Assembly (NCBI GenBank): GCA_963665815.1
Contig: OY762463.1
Location: 736,001-800,000 of the forward strand
DNA length: 64,000 bases
From: Candidatus Cloacimonadales bacterium
GTDB lineage: Bacteria > Cloacimonadota > Cloacimonadia > Cloacimonadales > JAIOQZ01
Direction: 5' to 3'
The translations under genes and the position numbers were made by a program. How positions within the stretch are numbered: the stretch's first letter is position 1; each line of letters opens with the position of its first letter. Positions 29,237 to 40,434 of the stretch are shown one piece after another. The notes below the pieces were generated by a model, which ran no database searches, was not told the DNA's origin, and saw nothing but the letters and a program-made list of their open reading frames with translations.

Positions 29237-30010
29237 TTATTCCCAGACTTTCCAGAATGCATTATGATTATTCCAAAGCTTGTTCAAGTGATTAAGATCA
29301 CGTTCAGTATCAACACATTCCCAGCTTCCGAAATGCTTATAGACCATTATTTGACCTTCTTTAGCAAGAATATCAAACGGTCCGTATTCAAGATCACATT
29401 TTTCGTCTGTCGTAAGATAATTAAGAAGCTCTTTATTGAATACCATGAAACCACCGTTAATAAGTCCGACAGATGTTTGTGGCTTTTCCTCAAACGAAAT
29501 CAGTTTTCCGTCTTCTTCAATGATTTCACCAAATCTTGCAGGAGGATGCACACCGCTGATTGTTATAATCTTGTTATGAGATTTGTGGTATTCCACAAGT
29601 TCTTTTATGTTAATATCAGCCACACCATCACCATAAGTAAGCATATTTATATCATCAAGATAGTTCTCAACACGTTTGATTCTGGCACCTTTTAAAGTAT
29701 CCAGACCAGTGTCTATAAGTGATATTTTCCAGTCTTTCTCAGTATGGGAATTATGTTTGACAATTTCTTTTGATCCAAGATCAATTGTATAATCATCACA
29801 GTATGCACTGTAATTGTAGAAATATTCTTTTATGTATTCGGCCTTATAGCCAAGCGATAAAATAAAATCGTTATATCCATAGTGAGAGTAAATTTTTAAT
29901 ATATGCCAAAGTATTGGTTTATTACCAACTTTAACCATAGGTTTTGGAATTGCTTCAGTAATATTACCTAATCTTGAACCATATCCGCCAGCAAGAATAA
30001 TAGTCTTCAT
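29237..30010 (-). CDS. rfbF: Glucose-1-phosphate cytidylyltransferase
   Basis: ILAGGYGSRL...PKPMV, LTYGDGVADI, RFG, INGGF, WECVDTERD. Confidence 0.95.
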   Translation of the reverse strand: MKTIILAGGYGSRLGNITEAIPKPMVKVGNKPILWHILKIYSHYGYNDFILSLGYKAEYIKEYFYNYSAYCDDYTIDLGSKEIVKHNSHTEKDWKISLIDTGLDTLKGARIKRVENYLDDINMLTYGDGVADINIKELVEYHKSHNKIITISGVHPPARFGEIIEEDGKLISFEEKPQTSVGLINGGFMVFNKELLNYLTTDEKCDLEYGPFDILAKEGQIMVYKHFGSWECVDTERDLNHLNKLWNNHNAFWKVWE

Positions 30011-30409
30011 TTTTCCTCTTCCGATGTTTTTTTTGAATTTCGAATGTATGAAATGTTTAAAAAAGGAATCAAGTCAAGAAGTTTTAACATAAATAACATT
30101 CTTTGATCAGATAGTAGCAATCTGTATAAAAGAGTTTATGAACAAATCTGAAATTGATTGCAATATCAATAGAAATTGTTTAGATCATTTGTATTAGTCA
30201 TCTGTAATACAGACCTAATTCAAAAAAATTATTCATCTCAACTTTTTTTATTTACTCATGTCCTTTATAGCCTTTTCAGGTTTCTTAAAAAATTTTGTAC
30301 AAAGTATAGACCATTCTACAATATTATATATTTAAAAAATGAAAATGTCTTGCTATTAATTGAATTGAAAATATATTTTGCAATATAGTAAAATGTTTTG
30401 GGAGAGAAT

Positions 30410-31135
30410 ATGTTTTCAGATTACAATATCAAAATTTCTGATTCACTAATGCATAAATGGCAGAATATTATTGATATTATGGCTGAAATCCTTAATGTAC
30501 CTGCCGGATTGATCATGCGAATAAACAATGAAGATATTGAAGTTTTTCTGGCAAGTGCAACTGAAGGGAATCCTTATTCACCGGGAGACAAGGAATATCT
30601 ACCCGGATCAGGACTATATTGTGAAACCGTTATAAATACAGTAAATATGCTGCTTGTTCCAAATGCATTGAAAAGTGAAACATGGAAAAACAATCCGGAT
30701 ATCAAGCTCAATATGATATCCTATCTGGGATTCCCGATTTCATTTCCGGATAACACAGTTTTCGGTACAATTTGTGTTCTTGATAACAAAGAAAATGCTT
30801 ATTCAGATTTATATATTGATCTCATTAGAAAATTCCGAGACACAATCAATACCGATCTGGAACTAATATATGTCAATCGTGAACTTGGACATGAAAACCA
30901 GAAACTTGTTGATTACGCAGAGGAAGTCAAAACACTCAGAGGTATGATTCCAATCTGTGCACGCTGTAAAAAGGTTAAAGGTAAGGATGACAGAGATTGG
31001 AAAAACATGCTCTCATATATCAAAAAGCACTCTGAAGCTCATTTTTCACATTTCCTGTGCAATGACTGCATACACGAACTGTATGGCGGTCAAGACTGGT
31101 TTGAACAAGTTAAAAATCAATTCCCTTCGGATTAA
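30410..31135 (+). CDS. GAF domain protein with a C-terminal CxxC...CxxC tail
   Basis: GLYCETV, SYLGFPI...FGTICVLD (GAF), then IPICARCKK...FSHFLCNDC. ATG 30410 follows GGAGAG. Confidence 0.8.
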   Translation: MFSDYNIKISDSLMHKWQNIIDIMAEILNVPAGLIMRINNEDIEVFLASATEGNPYSPGDKEYLPGSGLYCETVINTVNMLLVPNALKSETWKNNPDIKLNMISYLGFPISFPDNTVFGTICVLDNKENAYSDLYIDLIRKFRDTINTDLELIYVNRELGHENQKLVDYAEEVKTLRGMIPICARCKKVKGKDDRDWKNMLSYIKKHSEAHFSHFLCNDCIHELYGGQDWFEQVKNQFPSD

Positions 31136-31605
31136 ATCATATAGTAAGATTGGATGCAATAATGAAAATGTTTATTGTTCTATTAAACTTGAATCACAAT
31201 TAAGAAAATATAAGAAATTGATTAACGCAATGGAAGAAATGTCTGCAAGTCACAATTTTTTCAATTCTTTCTGAGTCATTAAATCCGATAACTCTACCGA
31301 ACATATCAGGGACAACTTTGGAAGCTTTATTAAACCTATTGATTGCGTGTTTGAGCAGGCCTGGCAGATGAATGTGCATGGAGAAACTTGAATCCTGACG
31401 ATTCATCATGGATAATGCAAAACTTCGAGTGAGAATTAAAAACTACTAAACTTAAATCCCTTATATTTTTTCCTTTACAAATAATTATCAATTAAGTATC
31501 TTAAGCTAAAATCTTAAACGAACAGCATTAACGTAGCAAAACTGTTTCTATTGCTTTTATCACGGGAAAAAGTTGGGATTCCCATAAAAAAAAAGGGATA
31601 TTACA

Positions 31606-34221
31606 ATGAGAATTTTATTTGTATTTTATGTGTTACTTGTTTTTACTTTTACACTATCTGCCAATATAATAAACATTCCTAATGACTACTCCTCAATTCA
31701 ACTTGGGATTGATGCATCAGTAGATGGAGATACAGTTCTGGTTCAACCCGCAATCTATTCAGAAGGAATCAATTTTAACGGCAAGAACATTATTGTGGCC
31801 TCTCTTTTTCTGACAACTGCTGATTCTTCATATATTGATAATACACTCATCGAAGGTGGTACTATTAATACTTGTGCAGTTTTCGAAAATGGAGAAGATT
31901 CAACTGCAGCATTAATCGGTTTTACATTATTCAAGGGGTATTCACAACTAAACGGTGGTGGTGTAAGAATTGAAAATTCATCCCCCACACTGTCTCATCT
32001 TATAATCCAATACAATTATTCCCTTGTATCCGGGGGAGGTATGTATATCAACAACTCTACATCCAGGCTAAATGATATTGAGTTTTTCAGTAACAACTCA
32101 CCCGATGGTGCCGGTGCTTTCATCTGTGCAAACTCAAATATTGAAATGTCAAATATCTCATTCCTACAGAATTTCGCATCAAACTCTGGCGGGGGTATAT
32201 ATAGTGATGCTTCTTATCTAACAGTAAATTCAGCAATATTTGAGAAAAACTTTTCAGATAATACAGGTGGAGGCTTGTATTTGTGTAACAACTCCGTACT
32301 CACTCTTGATGATGCTTTGATAAATGAAAACATAGGTAATTACCATGGTGGCTCCGGAGTGTGCAGCTACGATTCCAGTGTAAATATTTCGAATTCATGC
32401 TTTATATTGAATACTACTAACCAGGGATCAGGTGGTGCAATGCTGCTTGTCAACTCCACAACAGACATTTTTAACACCGGATTTGATGATAATCAAGCTC
32501 ATTCCGGAGGTGCAATAACTGCCCATGGAGGTACATTTAATTCCTCAGAAAACAGCTACCAGCATAATTCAGCCAGAAATTCCGGTGCCCTGTCAATAAT
32601 TGCCAGTTCAACAGCATCCTTCATCAGAGATGAGATTTTTGAGAACTCCGCTTTACTTGATGCCGGTGTATGTGTTGACAGCTCGATTGCCACCTTCTCA
32701 TATTGTGGATTTTTATCAAATTCCGCATTAGGTGTTGATTTTGATGGTTCAAAAACAGGACAAACCGGAGCACTGGGTGTTAGGAACTACTCCGATGTAA
32801 CCATAGATAACTCACTTTTTAACAGCAATTTTTCTTTTAAAGACGGTGCAATAGCTGTATTTCTGTCCGTTCTGGAAATAACTGACACTGAAATAAGCAG
32901 TAATGATACCGGAGAAAACTCCATTGGCGGTGCCATGCGAATTGACTACTTGTCAGATGTAATTATTAATAACTGCGAAATTTATAATAACAGAGCTTCT
33001 CAAGGTGGAGCATTATATGTGAATCAATCCAATTTGACAGTGAATAATGCAAATATTTTTGAGAATTATGCAGAATCCGACAGCATTGATAACATCAGCA
33101 ATTGTGGTGGTGGGATGTATGTAACAAATTCCTGCAATGTATCCATCAATGGTGGAGATATCTATAAGAACAGGTCGTCCGAACATGGAGGAGCCCTATA
33201 TATAGAAAATTCAACATATCATGTTAATGATGTCTTGTTTGGGCTGAACAATGCAGGATATAAGGGTGGAGTTATGTACATGTCAAATTGTAGTAATTCT
33301 GCAATATATGGCTCAGTTATTGAACATAACTGTGCAGATACAGCAGCTGTTATGTACATTACAGATAATACAGACATTAAAATCATAAATTGCGATATAC
33401 ATCAAAATGCTTCAGGTGCCAATAATAGTATCATTTATTGTAACAATGGGGCTGTTCCTGACTTCACAGGGTGTCTTATTTACGACAATTCCTACTCAAA
33501 TCCGGCTATAATATTCCTTACAGATGATTGTATGTCAAAAATAACAAACTGTACTATTGTATATAATGATCAGGTTGCAGTATCAACACTTAGCACTGAG
33601 GTTGATATAAAAAATTGTATTGTATGGCAGAATGCCGCACCAAATATTATCGGTAATCCTGCGGTTACTTTCTCATGTGTTCAGGACGCGTATACAGGTA
33701 CAGGAAACATAAATACCATTCCTGGATTCGTAGACATTGCTGCTAATGACTACAGATTGGTCTCAGGCTCTCCATGCATAGATACCGGATGCCCTGATAC
33801 TACAGGACTTTCCTTACCAGTACTGGATATCGACGGTAACTTCAGAATTTTTGACGGTGATGTTGATCCATCAGTTGTAATAGATATGGGTGCATATGAA
33901 TATACAATACCAATAATCAATACTCATGATGACTCTCCTGTTCCGGAGAAAACAGCTTTAACCAATTATCCGAATCCTTTTAATCCTGAAACATCTATTG
34001 AGTTCAGTCTCCCCCATTCCTCTCAGGTAAACCTTACCGTATATAATATTAAGGGTCAGAAAGTTACTACACTCATAAATGAGCATAGAGATAAAGGAGA
34101 ACACAAGACTGTCTGGAAAGGGACTGATGCAAACGGTGAACCTGTCAGCTCCGGAGTGTATTTCTTTAAGCTGCTGACAGACAAAGAAAGCCTGATTCGT
34201 AAGAGTATCCTATTGAAGTAA
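31606..34221 (+). CDS. Secreted right-handed beta-helix repeat protein with C-terminal sorting domain
   Basis: Signal peptide; IPNDYSSIQLGID...GDTVLV; repeated N.A..GGG/GGA motifs; SPCIDTG, DMGAYE; NYPNPFNPET tail. Confidence 0.85.
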   Translation: MRILFVFYVLLVFTFTLSANIINIPNDYSSIQLGIDASVDGDTVLVQPAIYSEGINFNGKNIIVASLFLTTADSSYIDNTLIEGGTINTCAVFENGEDSTAALIGFTLFKGYSQLNGGGVRIENSSPTLSHLIIQYNYSLVSGGGMYINNSTSRLNDIEFFSNNSPDGAGAFICANSNIEMSNISFLQNFASNSGGGIYSDASYLTVNSAIFEKNFSDNTGGGLYLCNNSVLTLDDALINENIGNYHGGSGVCSYDSSVNISNSCFILNTTNQGSGGAMLLVNSTTDIFNTGFDDNQAHSGGAITAHGGTFNSSENSYQHNSARNSGALSIIASSTASFIRDEIFENSALLDAGVCVDSSIATFSYCGFLSNSALGVDFDGSKTGQTGALGVRNYSDVTIDNSLFNSNFSFKDGAIAVFLSVLEITDTEISSNDTGENSIGGAMRIDYLSDVIINNCEIYNNRASQGGALYVNQSNLTVNNANIFENYAESDSIDNISNCGGGMYVTNSCNVSINGGDIYKNRSSEHGGALYIENSTYHVNDVLFGLNNAGYKGGVMYMSNCSNSAIYGSVIEHNCADTAAVMYITDNTDIKIINCDIHQNASGANNSIIYCNNGAVPDFTGCLIYDNSYSNPAIIFLTDDCMSKITNCTIVYNDQVAVSTLSTEVDIKNCIVWQNAAPNIIGNPAVTFSCVQDAYTGTGNINTIPGFVDIAANDYRLVSGSPCIDTGCPDTTGLSLPVLDIDGNFRIFDGDVDPSVVIDMGAYEYTIPIINTHDDSPVPEKTALTNYPNPFNPETSIEFSLPHSSQVNLTVYNIKGQKVTTLINEHRDKGEHKTVWKGTDANGEPVSSGVYFFKLLTDKESLIRKSILLK

Positions 34222-34277
34222 GGATTTAAGATAATAAATCGCGGAAAAACAGAGGACTGTTTAGAAACAAATATTTG

Positions 34278-34315
34278 AAACCACTTTCAGCTATATATCA
34301 GTTGAGAGTGGTTTT
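34278..34315 (+). terminator. Probable terminator hairpin
   Basis: AAACCACTTTCAGCT...AGTTGAGAGTGGTTTT. Confidence 0.55.
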
Positions 34316-34418
34316 CTTTCCTAATTCAAGCTTTTCTTGACAAAGAATCACAATGTTTTCTCAATTCGAACATCATATCATGCACTACATAAATATAAAC
34401 AGGAGGAGCTGATTTTAT

Positions 34419-35045
34419 ATGGGCTTAACTGATAGACTAAGGAAAGCACAGGAACAAGTCAAAGAAGAAGTTCTTGAAAAGATTAATAACATTCTTGCAG
34501 ATGATGAAAAAATCATCTGGGTTGGTAATAGACAGGGACCGGCTTTTAGTTTTATGAATATCCTTTTCTCTTTAATTATCTGTATTGCGCCAATTATTTT
34601 TGTAACATTTTTAATCGATGTAACTAAACTAAGTAAATTGGGGTATAGCTCAAAGACTTTAATTGTCATCTTTTTCGTTGGATCTACAATTTGTATTATA
34701 TTGAAATACATATACACTCACAAGAAGAATTCAGTGTATGTATTAACAACAGAAAGAATCTTAATTCGGACAAAAGTTTTGACTGAGAAAATAAAATATT
34801 GCTTTTATGGCAACATTTCATATGTGAAATACAGCATTGGGTTGTTAATGCGAGGATACATTTTTGCGACAGAAATGAATCTTGTATTTATGACAAATAA
34901 TTCATTCAGAAGAAACCTTTTTAATGGCTCTCCCAAACACTTTGTCTTCGAGGATTTAGAAAACAGTGAAGAAGTTTACAATATCATGTCAAAGTACATA
35001 AGGAAAGGTGCATTAAAAGGTGGTGATATGCTTAGTAAACTATAA
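34419..35045 (+). CDS. Membrane protein with bacterial PH-like domain
   Basis: DEKIIWVG, two TM helices, YVLTTERILIR. Confidence 0.7.
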   Translation: MGLTDRLRKAQEQVKEEVLEKINNILADDEKIIWVGNRQGPAFSFMNILFSLIICIAPIIFVTFLIDVTKLSKLGYSSKTLIVIFFVGSTICIILKYIYTHKKNSVYVLTTERILIRTKVLTEKIKYCFYGNISYVKYSIGLLMRGYIFATEMNLVFMTNNSFRRNLFNGSPKHFVFEDLENSEEVYNIMSKYIRKGALKGGDMLSKL

Positions 35046-35058
35046 AGGTGGTTAATCC

Positions 35059-35670
35059 ATGTTTTTCTCTAAAAAAATTAATAAGAAGCAGCCGGAAATT
35101 AAGGAAAAAGTTCTGAATGCTATCACAAAAATTCTAGAGACGGATGAAAAAATCATCTGGGTTGGTAATAGACAGGGACCGATATTCAGATTCACAGAAA
35201 TATTTATCTCCTTTTTCTTTCTGATATTCCTGACCACAATTATTAAGAATACTATGTCCATTAATGATAACTCATTCTTCCTAAAGGCAGCATTATGGTT
35301 TGTTAGTGTTCTATTATCAGGGGGAATAACAAGTTTAACTTATTGGTTAATTTACACTCACAAAAAAAATACTGTGTACGTGCTGACAAACAGGAGAATA
35401 ATAATCAGAACGAGAGTCTTTACCGAGAAAGTCAAACACTGTTATTATAGTGACATTAAGTTTGCTCATTATGATACTTTAAAGGGATACCTATTTGCTT
35501 CTTTACGAAAACATAGTCATTTGACAAATCAATGCTTTTGGAGCAATCTGTTGAATGGTTCACCAAGATACTTTGTATTCTTCAACCAGAAAGATCCGGA
35601 AAATACTTATAGATTGTTATCTGACTACATAAACAAAGATGCATTAAATGGAGACAACTTGTTTTGGTAA
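35059..35670 (+). CDS. Membrane protein with bacterial PH-like domain, tandem paralog
   Basis: DEKIIWVGNRQGP, two TM helices, YVLTNRRIIIR. Confidence 0.7.
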   Translation: MFFSKKINKKQPEIKEKVLNAITKILETDEKIIWVGNRQGPIFRFTEIFISFFFLIFLTTIIKNTMSINDNSFFLKAALWFVSVLLSGGITSLTYWLIYTHKKNTVYVLTNRRIIIRTRVFTEKVKHCYYSDIKFAHYDTLKGYLFASLRKHSHLTNQCFWSNLLNGSPRYFVFFNQKDPENTYRLLSDYINKDALNGDNLFW

Positions 35671-35848
35671 TTTCAAGGAGATAATATGAAATATAATGAA
35701 TTGTTTGTTATATTGGTAATAGTATAATTACATCTCAACTCAAACAAATTTACCCTATCCATTTCGACAACTATAAAAATATATTGACAAATTTATTCTA
35801 CACTTTTGATTTGACTTCGATCTAATTAAATATCCAAGGAGTAATTCT

Positions 35849-36376
35849 ATGATCACCATTAATAATGTGATTGAAAACTACAGGAACTACCTGACTGAAA
35901 CAGCACACAGGTATAACTCGGAGTTTTTCAAGCTGAATGAGGAAAACAGGAAAGACGAAGCTGTTTTCGCAAAGATTAAAGAATCTGCCATTGCTAACAT
36001 GATTGTCGGATTTCTCAATATCTCAGTATCTGCGGCAAAAGCGAACTATGGAGAGATTGAAGACAGACGTTATGAAAAAGGCAGCCTGTTCTGGAAAAAA
36101 TGGGAAAAAGAGATAGGCCCAACAAGTACTGTCGGTGAACGGATATACAAACTGCATGTACTTGGCTGGACTCCCCGAATAAGAAAAGAATCAACCGAGC
36201 TGATGAAGCTTCATAAAGAACATAGCAATAACTCGGAGTTCTTTAAGGAAAAAAGTAAGCTCGATGTTTTAAACGAAACACTGACAGTATTCAAAAGCAT
36301 GTTTAGGGAGCTGCCGACTTACAATAAGAGCTGGGACAGCAGACACTCATACTCAAGAAACGGAGGTACACAATGA
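35849..36376 (+). CDS. Hypothetical protein
   Basis: 175-aa ORF with an AAGGAG RBS; the stop overlaps the next ATG (ATGA). Confidence 0.7.
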   Translation: MITINNVIENYRNYLTETAHRYNSEFFKLNEENRKDEAVFAKIKESAIANMIVGFLNISVSAAKANYGEIEDRRYEKGSLFWKKWEKEIGPTSTVGERIYKLHVLGWTPRIRKESTELMKLHKEHSNNSEFFKEKSKLDVLNETLTVFKSMFRELPTYNKSWDSRHSYSRNGGTQ

Positions 36377-36936
36377 AATTACTGGAATCAATAAAACTGA
36401 TGAAAGCTCTCGCAGACAAATCAAGATTGTTTATCATAAACGCATTGTACGAAAAACCTATGTATGTGGAAGAGATATCTGAGCGGTTAGACTTGGCAGC
36501 ATCCACAGTATCGTTCCATCTGAAAAAACTGGTTGAGAGCGGACTGGTATCATCTCATAAGGAGCAATACTATGTTGTGTATAATCTTGATAAGGCAATA
36601 CTGGATAAGTCTTTAAAAGAGTTGGTTATCATGGACAGGGGAAACAACCTGGAGAAGAAGATTCAAGATGACCGTTTTAACGAATACAGAGCTAAGGTAA
36701 TCAAGACATTCTTCCAGTACGGTAAACTGAAGAAAATGCCTACTCAGCGTAAGAAAAGACTGATTGTTCTCGAAGAAATGCTGAAAGCATTTGAAACGGA
36801 CAGGAAATACACAGAGAAAGAAGTGAACATCATAATTGCCGACTTTAATGATGACTTTTGTACTATCAGACGTGAAATGATTGATGAAAGAATGCTTGAT
36901 CGTGATCAATACGGTAAAGAGTATTGGAAAAAATAA
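36373..36936 (+). CDS. ArsR/SmtB family regulator with C-terminal DUF2087-like domain
   Basis: KALADKSRL...STVSFHLKKL HTH, then KKRLIVL...YTEKEVN...DDFCTIRREMID. Confidence 0.87.
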   Translation: MKLLESIKLMKALADKSRLFIINALYEKPMYVEEISERLDLAASTVSFHLKKLVESGLVSSHKEQYYVVYNLDKAILDKSLKELVIMDRGNNLEKKIQDDRFNEYRAKVIKTFFQYGKLKKMPTQRKKRLIVLEEMLKAFETDRKYTEKEVNIIIADFNDDFCTIRREMIDERMLDRDQYGKEYWKK

Positions 36937-36961
36937 GGCAGTGATTTAATTACACTGCCTT
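36935..36961. terminator. Bidirectional terminator between convergent genes
   Basis: AAGGCAGTG-N9-CACTGCCTT. Confidence 0.7.
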
Positions 36962-36971
36962 TCTATAACAC

Positions 36972-37730
36972 TTAAATTTCTATACCAATGGGACAATGAT
37001 CCGATCCCATTACTTCCTGTTGAATAAAAGCATTTTTGACTGAGTCTTTAAATCGTTCATTCACGAAGAAATAGTCGATTCTCCAGCCGGCGTTCTTCTC
37101 TCTTGCTTTAAACCTGTAAGACCACCATGAATATTGCTCCGGAGACTTATCAAACTCCCGGAACGTATCAACAAAACCGTTCGCTATGTATTTATCAATC
37201 CATTCGCGCTCTATTGGCAGGAAACCGGATCTATCTTTATTACTTTTAGGATTTTTCAAATCTATTTCTTTATGAGCTGTATTGTAGTCACCACATACAA
37301 TAACATTCTTTCCTTCGTCATCAAGTTTTTTAACAACTTTCAGGAACTGGTCATAGAAGTCCATTTTATATTGAAGTCTTTCATCGCTCATCTGTCCATT
37401 AGGGAAATAGATGTTATAGAGTATAAAGTCCTTGTATTCCAACCTCAGGATACGTCCTTCATTGTCGAAACGATCTTCTTCAATTGTGTTTGATACTGAT
37501 ATCGGTTCTTCTTTAGTAAAGACTGCAACTCCGGAATATCCTTTTTTCTCGGCAAAACTCCAGTACTTATGATATCCGTTTATTGCCAGTACTTCTTCCG
37601 GTATCTGTTCTTCCTGAAGCTTTGTCTCCTGCAGACATAATATATCGGGAGATTCATCATTTATATAATCCAGAAAATTCTTCTTTATTACAGCTCGCAA
37701 TCCATTTACATTCCATGATATAATTTTCAT
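36972..37730 (-). CDS. xth: Exodeoxyribonuclease III
   Basis: [47 protein letters not shown]. Confidence 0.96.
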   Translation of the reverse strand: MKIISWNVNGLRAVIKKNFLDYINDESPDILCLQETKLQEEQIPEEVLAINGYHKYWSFAEKKGYSGVAVFTKEEPISVSNTIEEDRFDNEGRILRLEYKDFILYNIYFPNGQMSDERLQYKMDFYDQFLKVVKKLDDEGKNVIVCGDYNTAHKEIDLKNPKSNKDRSGFLPIEREWIDKYIANGFVDTFREFDKSPEQYSWWSYRFKAREKNAGWRIDYFFVNERFKDSVKNAFIQQEVMGSDHCPIGIEI

Positions 37731-37740
37731 AATTCCTCAT

Positions 37741-38406
37741 TTAATTTTTAGCATGTTTTGTTTTAACATCTACTCTGTTGCACTGATCATATATTATACA
37801 TCGATTACACTCCGGATTAATTGGCTTACAAAGTCTCTGTCCGTAAGAGACAAAAAAGGAGTTAAATTTAACCCAATATTTCTCTGGCATTTTCTTCCTT
37901 AAAGCCATTTCTGATTCAAGTGGAGTCTTTGTTTTTATGTAACCCAACCTGTTCATAATCCTGTGCACGTGAATATCAACACAAACAGCAGGTTTCTGAA
38001 AAGCAACAGCCACAACCAGATTAGCGGTCTTCCTCCCTACTCCGGGAAGCTTTACCAGCTCATCTACAGTATCGGGAATTACACCCTTAAAAAGTTTTTC
38101 TAAAGTGGCAGGCAGTTTTTTCAGGTATGACGCTTTGTTTTTGTAGAAGCCAATCGGGAAAATCAACTCTCTGATCTGCTTTTCAGTGTAATTGTTAAAA
38201 TCTCTGTATGTATTGATCTTTTTGAATAGCTTTTCGCAGACTTCGGCAGTAGTCTGATCTTTTGTTCTGGCACTGAGTATAGTTGCAACCAGAACTTTGA
38301 ACGGATCCTGTGTCTGGATCTGTATAAGATCAACAACTGGAGCAGCAACTTTTTCGAAATCTTTTTCCAATGTGTGATATACTCTATCAATATTAACTTT
38401 TTTCAT
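37741..38406 (-). CDS. nth: Endonuclease III (HhH-GPD, 4Fe-4S)
   Basis: LVATILSART, LPGVGRKTAN, VDIHVHR, Cx6Cx2Cx5C. Confidence 0.93.
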   Translation of the reverse strand: MKKVNIDRVYHTLEKDFEKVAAPVVDLIQIQTQDPFKVLVATILSARTKDQTTAEVCEKLFKKINTYRDFNNYTEKQIRELIFPIGFYKNKASYLKKLPATLEKLFKGVIPDTVDELVKLPGVGRKTANLVVAVAFQKPAVCVDIHVHRIMNRLGYIKTKTPLESEMALRKKMPEKYWVKFNSFFVSYGQRLCKPINPECNRCIIYDQCNRVDVKTKHAKN

Positions 38407-38520
38407 AGAGGAAAGTATACGAGAATATTTTGTAGTGTCAACAATTTTGTTGCTATTATAAAAATTATGTATTTTTTGATACTCTAAGTAACAATACTCT
38501 TCAAAATGAAGATGCTTATT

Positions 38521-39468
38521 TTATTCTGACACTATCGGTATATCTCTGAATTCGTACTTTTCTTTAGTATTTCCACTCAGAATCTGAAGAAGCAGTATTT
38601 TCTTTATATCAGGATCGACCTTATCAAAAACAAGTGTCATTTCTGCGGTACTTCCAGCAATAATCTTCTTAGAAGCACCATCGTACTGGCTGAGTCCTTT
38701 GATTTTAGTTACATTGCTTCCAAATTTCACGGCGGAAACAATAGTCTCATTACTATTCTGGTCAAAAACTTTTGTTTTATACTGCCAGCCATAGGTAACC
38801 TCAAACTTAACATCATCCGGTCCATTATTAGTTATTTCAAAATCACAGTATAATGTTCTGCCTTTAACTTCAGCTTGTATAAGCTTGATTTTCAGATTAT
38901 TGCGATCAATCTCATAAAGGGATTTTATATATGAAGAAATCTGTTCTTCTCTGTTGATACCAGTCTCCAGCATTGAAACTAAATCCTTATCTTTTATAAC
39001 TGAAGCCGATGCTGCAGAAAGAACTTTTCCGGTTTTAGCAGAGATAACCCGGGCATTAATTCTTATATCCTTACCAATTACAGTTATCGTTCCGGTTACA
39101 ATAGCATCTGCACCAAGAATATTACCTATTGAGACAGCAGTTTGTTCGTCAATGTACCCTGTAAGCCCAAGATTCTGTTCTTTTAGTATTTTCTTAAACA
39201 TTTGTCTCTCAACAATTTCCAGTTTGCTTTTCTGATACAATTTAGTTGTGAGCTCCTCAGCTATATACAATCCAAGTTCGGAAACACTTCCTTTTACATC
39301 GGTGAACTCAGTTATTGCAACAAGCTGATTTTCATTTTGCAGAGTATTGATTATCTTAACAGCAATAGTATCAAGCTGAATATCGAGATCATTTACTACT
39401 GTTGTTTCTTTCACTGCTGTTGAGCACGAGATTATAACCATCGCAAGTAAAATTACATAATATCTCAT
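38521..39468 (-). CDS. CsgG/FlgO-like domain lipoprotein
   Basis: Lipobox IISC; VAITEF...IAEELTTKL...IVER...IGNILGADAIVTG...NARVI. Confidence 0.75.
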   Translation of the reverse strand: MRYYVILLAMVIISCSTAVKETTVVNDLDIQLDTIAVKIINTLQNENQLVAITEFTDVKGSVSELGLYIAEELTTKLYQKSKLEIVERQMFKKILKEQNLGLTGYIDEQTAVSIGNILGADAIVTGTITVIGKDIRINARVISAKTGKVLSAASASVIKDKDLVSMLETGINREEQISSYIKSLYEIDRNNLKIKLIQAEVKGRTLYCDFEITNNGPDDVKFEVTYGWQYKTKVFDQNSNETIVSAVKFGSNVTKIKGLSQYDGASKKIIAGSTAEMTLVFDKVDPDIKKILLLQILSGNTKEKYEFRDIPIVSE

Positions 39469-39477
39469 AATATATCC

Positions 39478-40434
39478 TTATTTATAGAACACATAGTTTC
39501 TCAGAAATGCATTTAGTACGATAATTGGAGATAGCACAAATATGTAAGCTACAACGGAAACTGGAATTCCAATTTTGAATGCCAAGCCCACTGCAATCAC
39601 AGGATTCAGAACAAATGAATTCTCAGTTCTCCCGCTCCGGAATGTAGTCTCAACATCCCATCCAACAGGTTGATTATTAATAAGTATATCATTCATTTTG
39701 TAATATAACCCGTAGAAGAAGTTTTTAAGCAGACCAGCTACTGGTTTTCTTTCATTTCTCTTTTCAAACAAGTAAGTTGGCACCATATGAGCTTTTTTAT
39801 ACAGCAGTCCTGTCATTAAAAACACTAAGCCAACAATAAGCTGCGGTAATTTCCTGCTCTTATTTACTTCAATAGACAATTCTTCGATCTCTTTATCAGT
39901 TAAGTTAGTCATTTCGTTGTATTTTTTACTTAAAGGCTCAAGCTTCCCTTGAAGCTCGGTGATCTTGTCCAGTTTTTCTTTTTCACTAAATTTGCTATAT
40001 TTCCTATACCCTCTTTTTACATTACTTATTTCTTTCTCATAGTAATGTACTTTTTGATATGCAGATCCAATTTCTTTTTTATACCAATCTTGTGGAGATC
40101 TCATACTAACATCTGGTTTTACGAAAAATGGAATAATATACAATATAAGAGCATAAGCAATCAGTCCAAACCTCACCCAGTTTTTGCCGACATATAGCCT
40201 TTTCTTCTGAAAATTTACTGCATTGAGCAATACTGTGAGTCTTGCTCTCAACTTTTCGTCATCAGGGTTTAGTGATTTTGCTTTATTAAGAAGTTTCTCA
40301 GATTCTTCAACCTGCTTTCGAGTTTTAGGACTCCTTATAACTTCACCGGTATCTTCATTTTCTTCGATTATATCCCAATTAAGAAATACATCTTGCAGTA
40401 TCTGCTTAATCTGTTCATCTTTTTGATTCATCAT
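39478..40434 (-). CDS. Hypothetical membrane protein
   Basis: 318-aa ORF with 3-4 hydrophobic segments. Confidence 0.7.
   Translation of the reverse strand: MMNQKDEQIKQILQDVFLNWDIIEENEDTGEVIRSPKTRKQVEESEKLLNKAKSLNPDDEKLRARLTVLLNAVNFQKKRLYVGKNWVRFGLIAYALILYIIPFFVKPDVSMRSPQDWYKKEIGSAYQKVHYYEKEISNVKRGYRKYSKFSEKEKLDKITELQGKLEPLSKKYNEMTNLTDKEIEELSIEVNKSRKLPQLIVGLVFLMTGLLYKKAHMVPTYLFEKRNERKPVAGLLKNFFYGLYYKMNDILINNQPVGWDVETTFRSGRTENSFVLNPVIAVGLAFKIGIPVSVVAYIFVLSPIIVLNAFLRNYVFYK

Noticed and set aside
30957-31409. Short ORFs after the GAF gene
   Set aside because: They overlap each other, lack a convincing RBS and show no recognisable motif.
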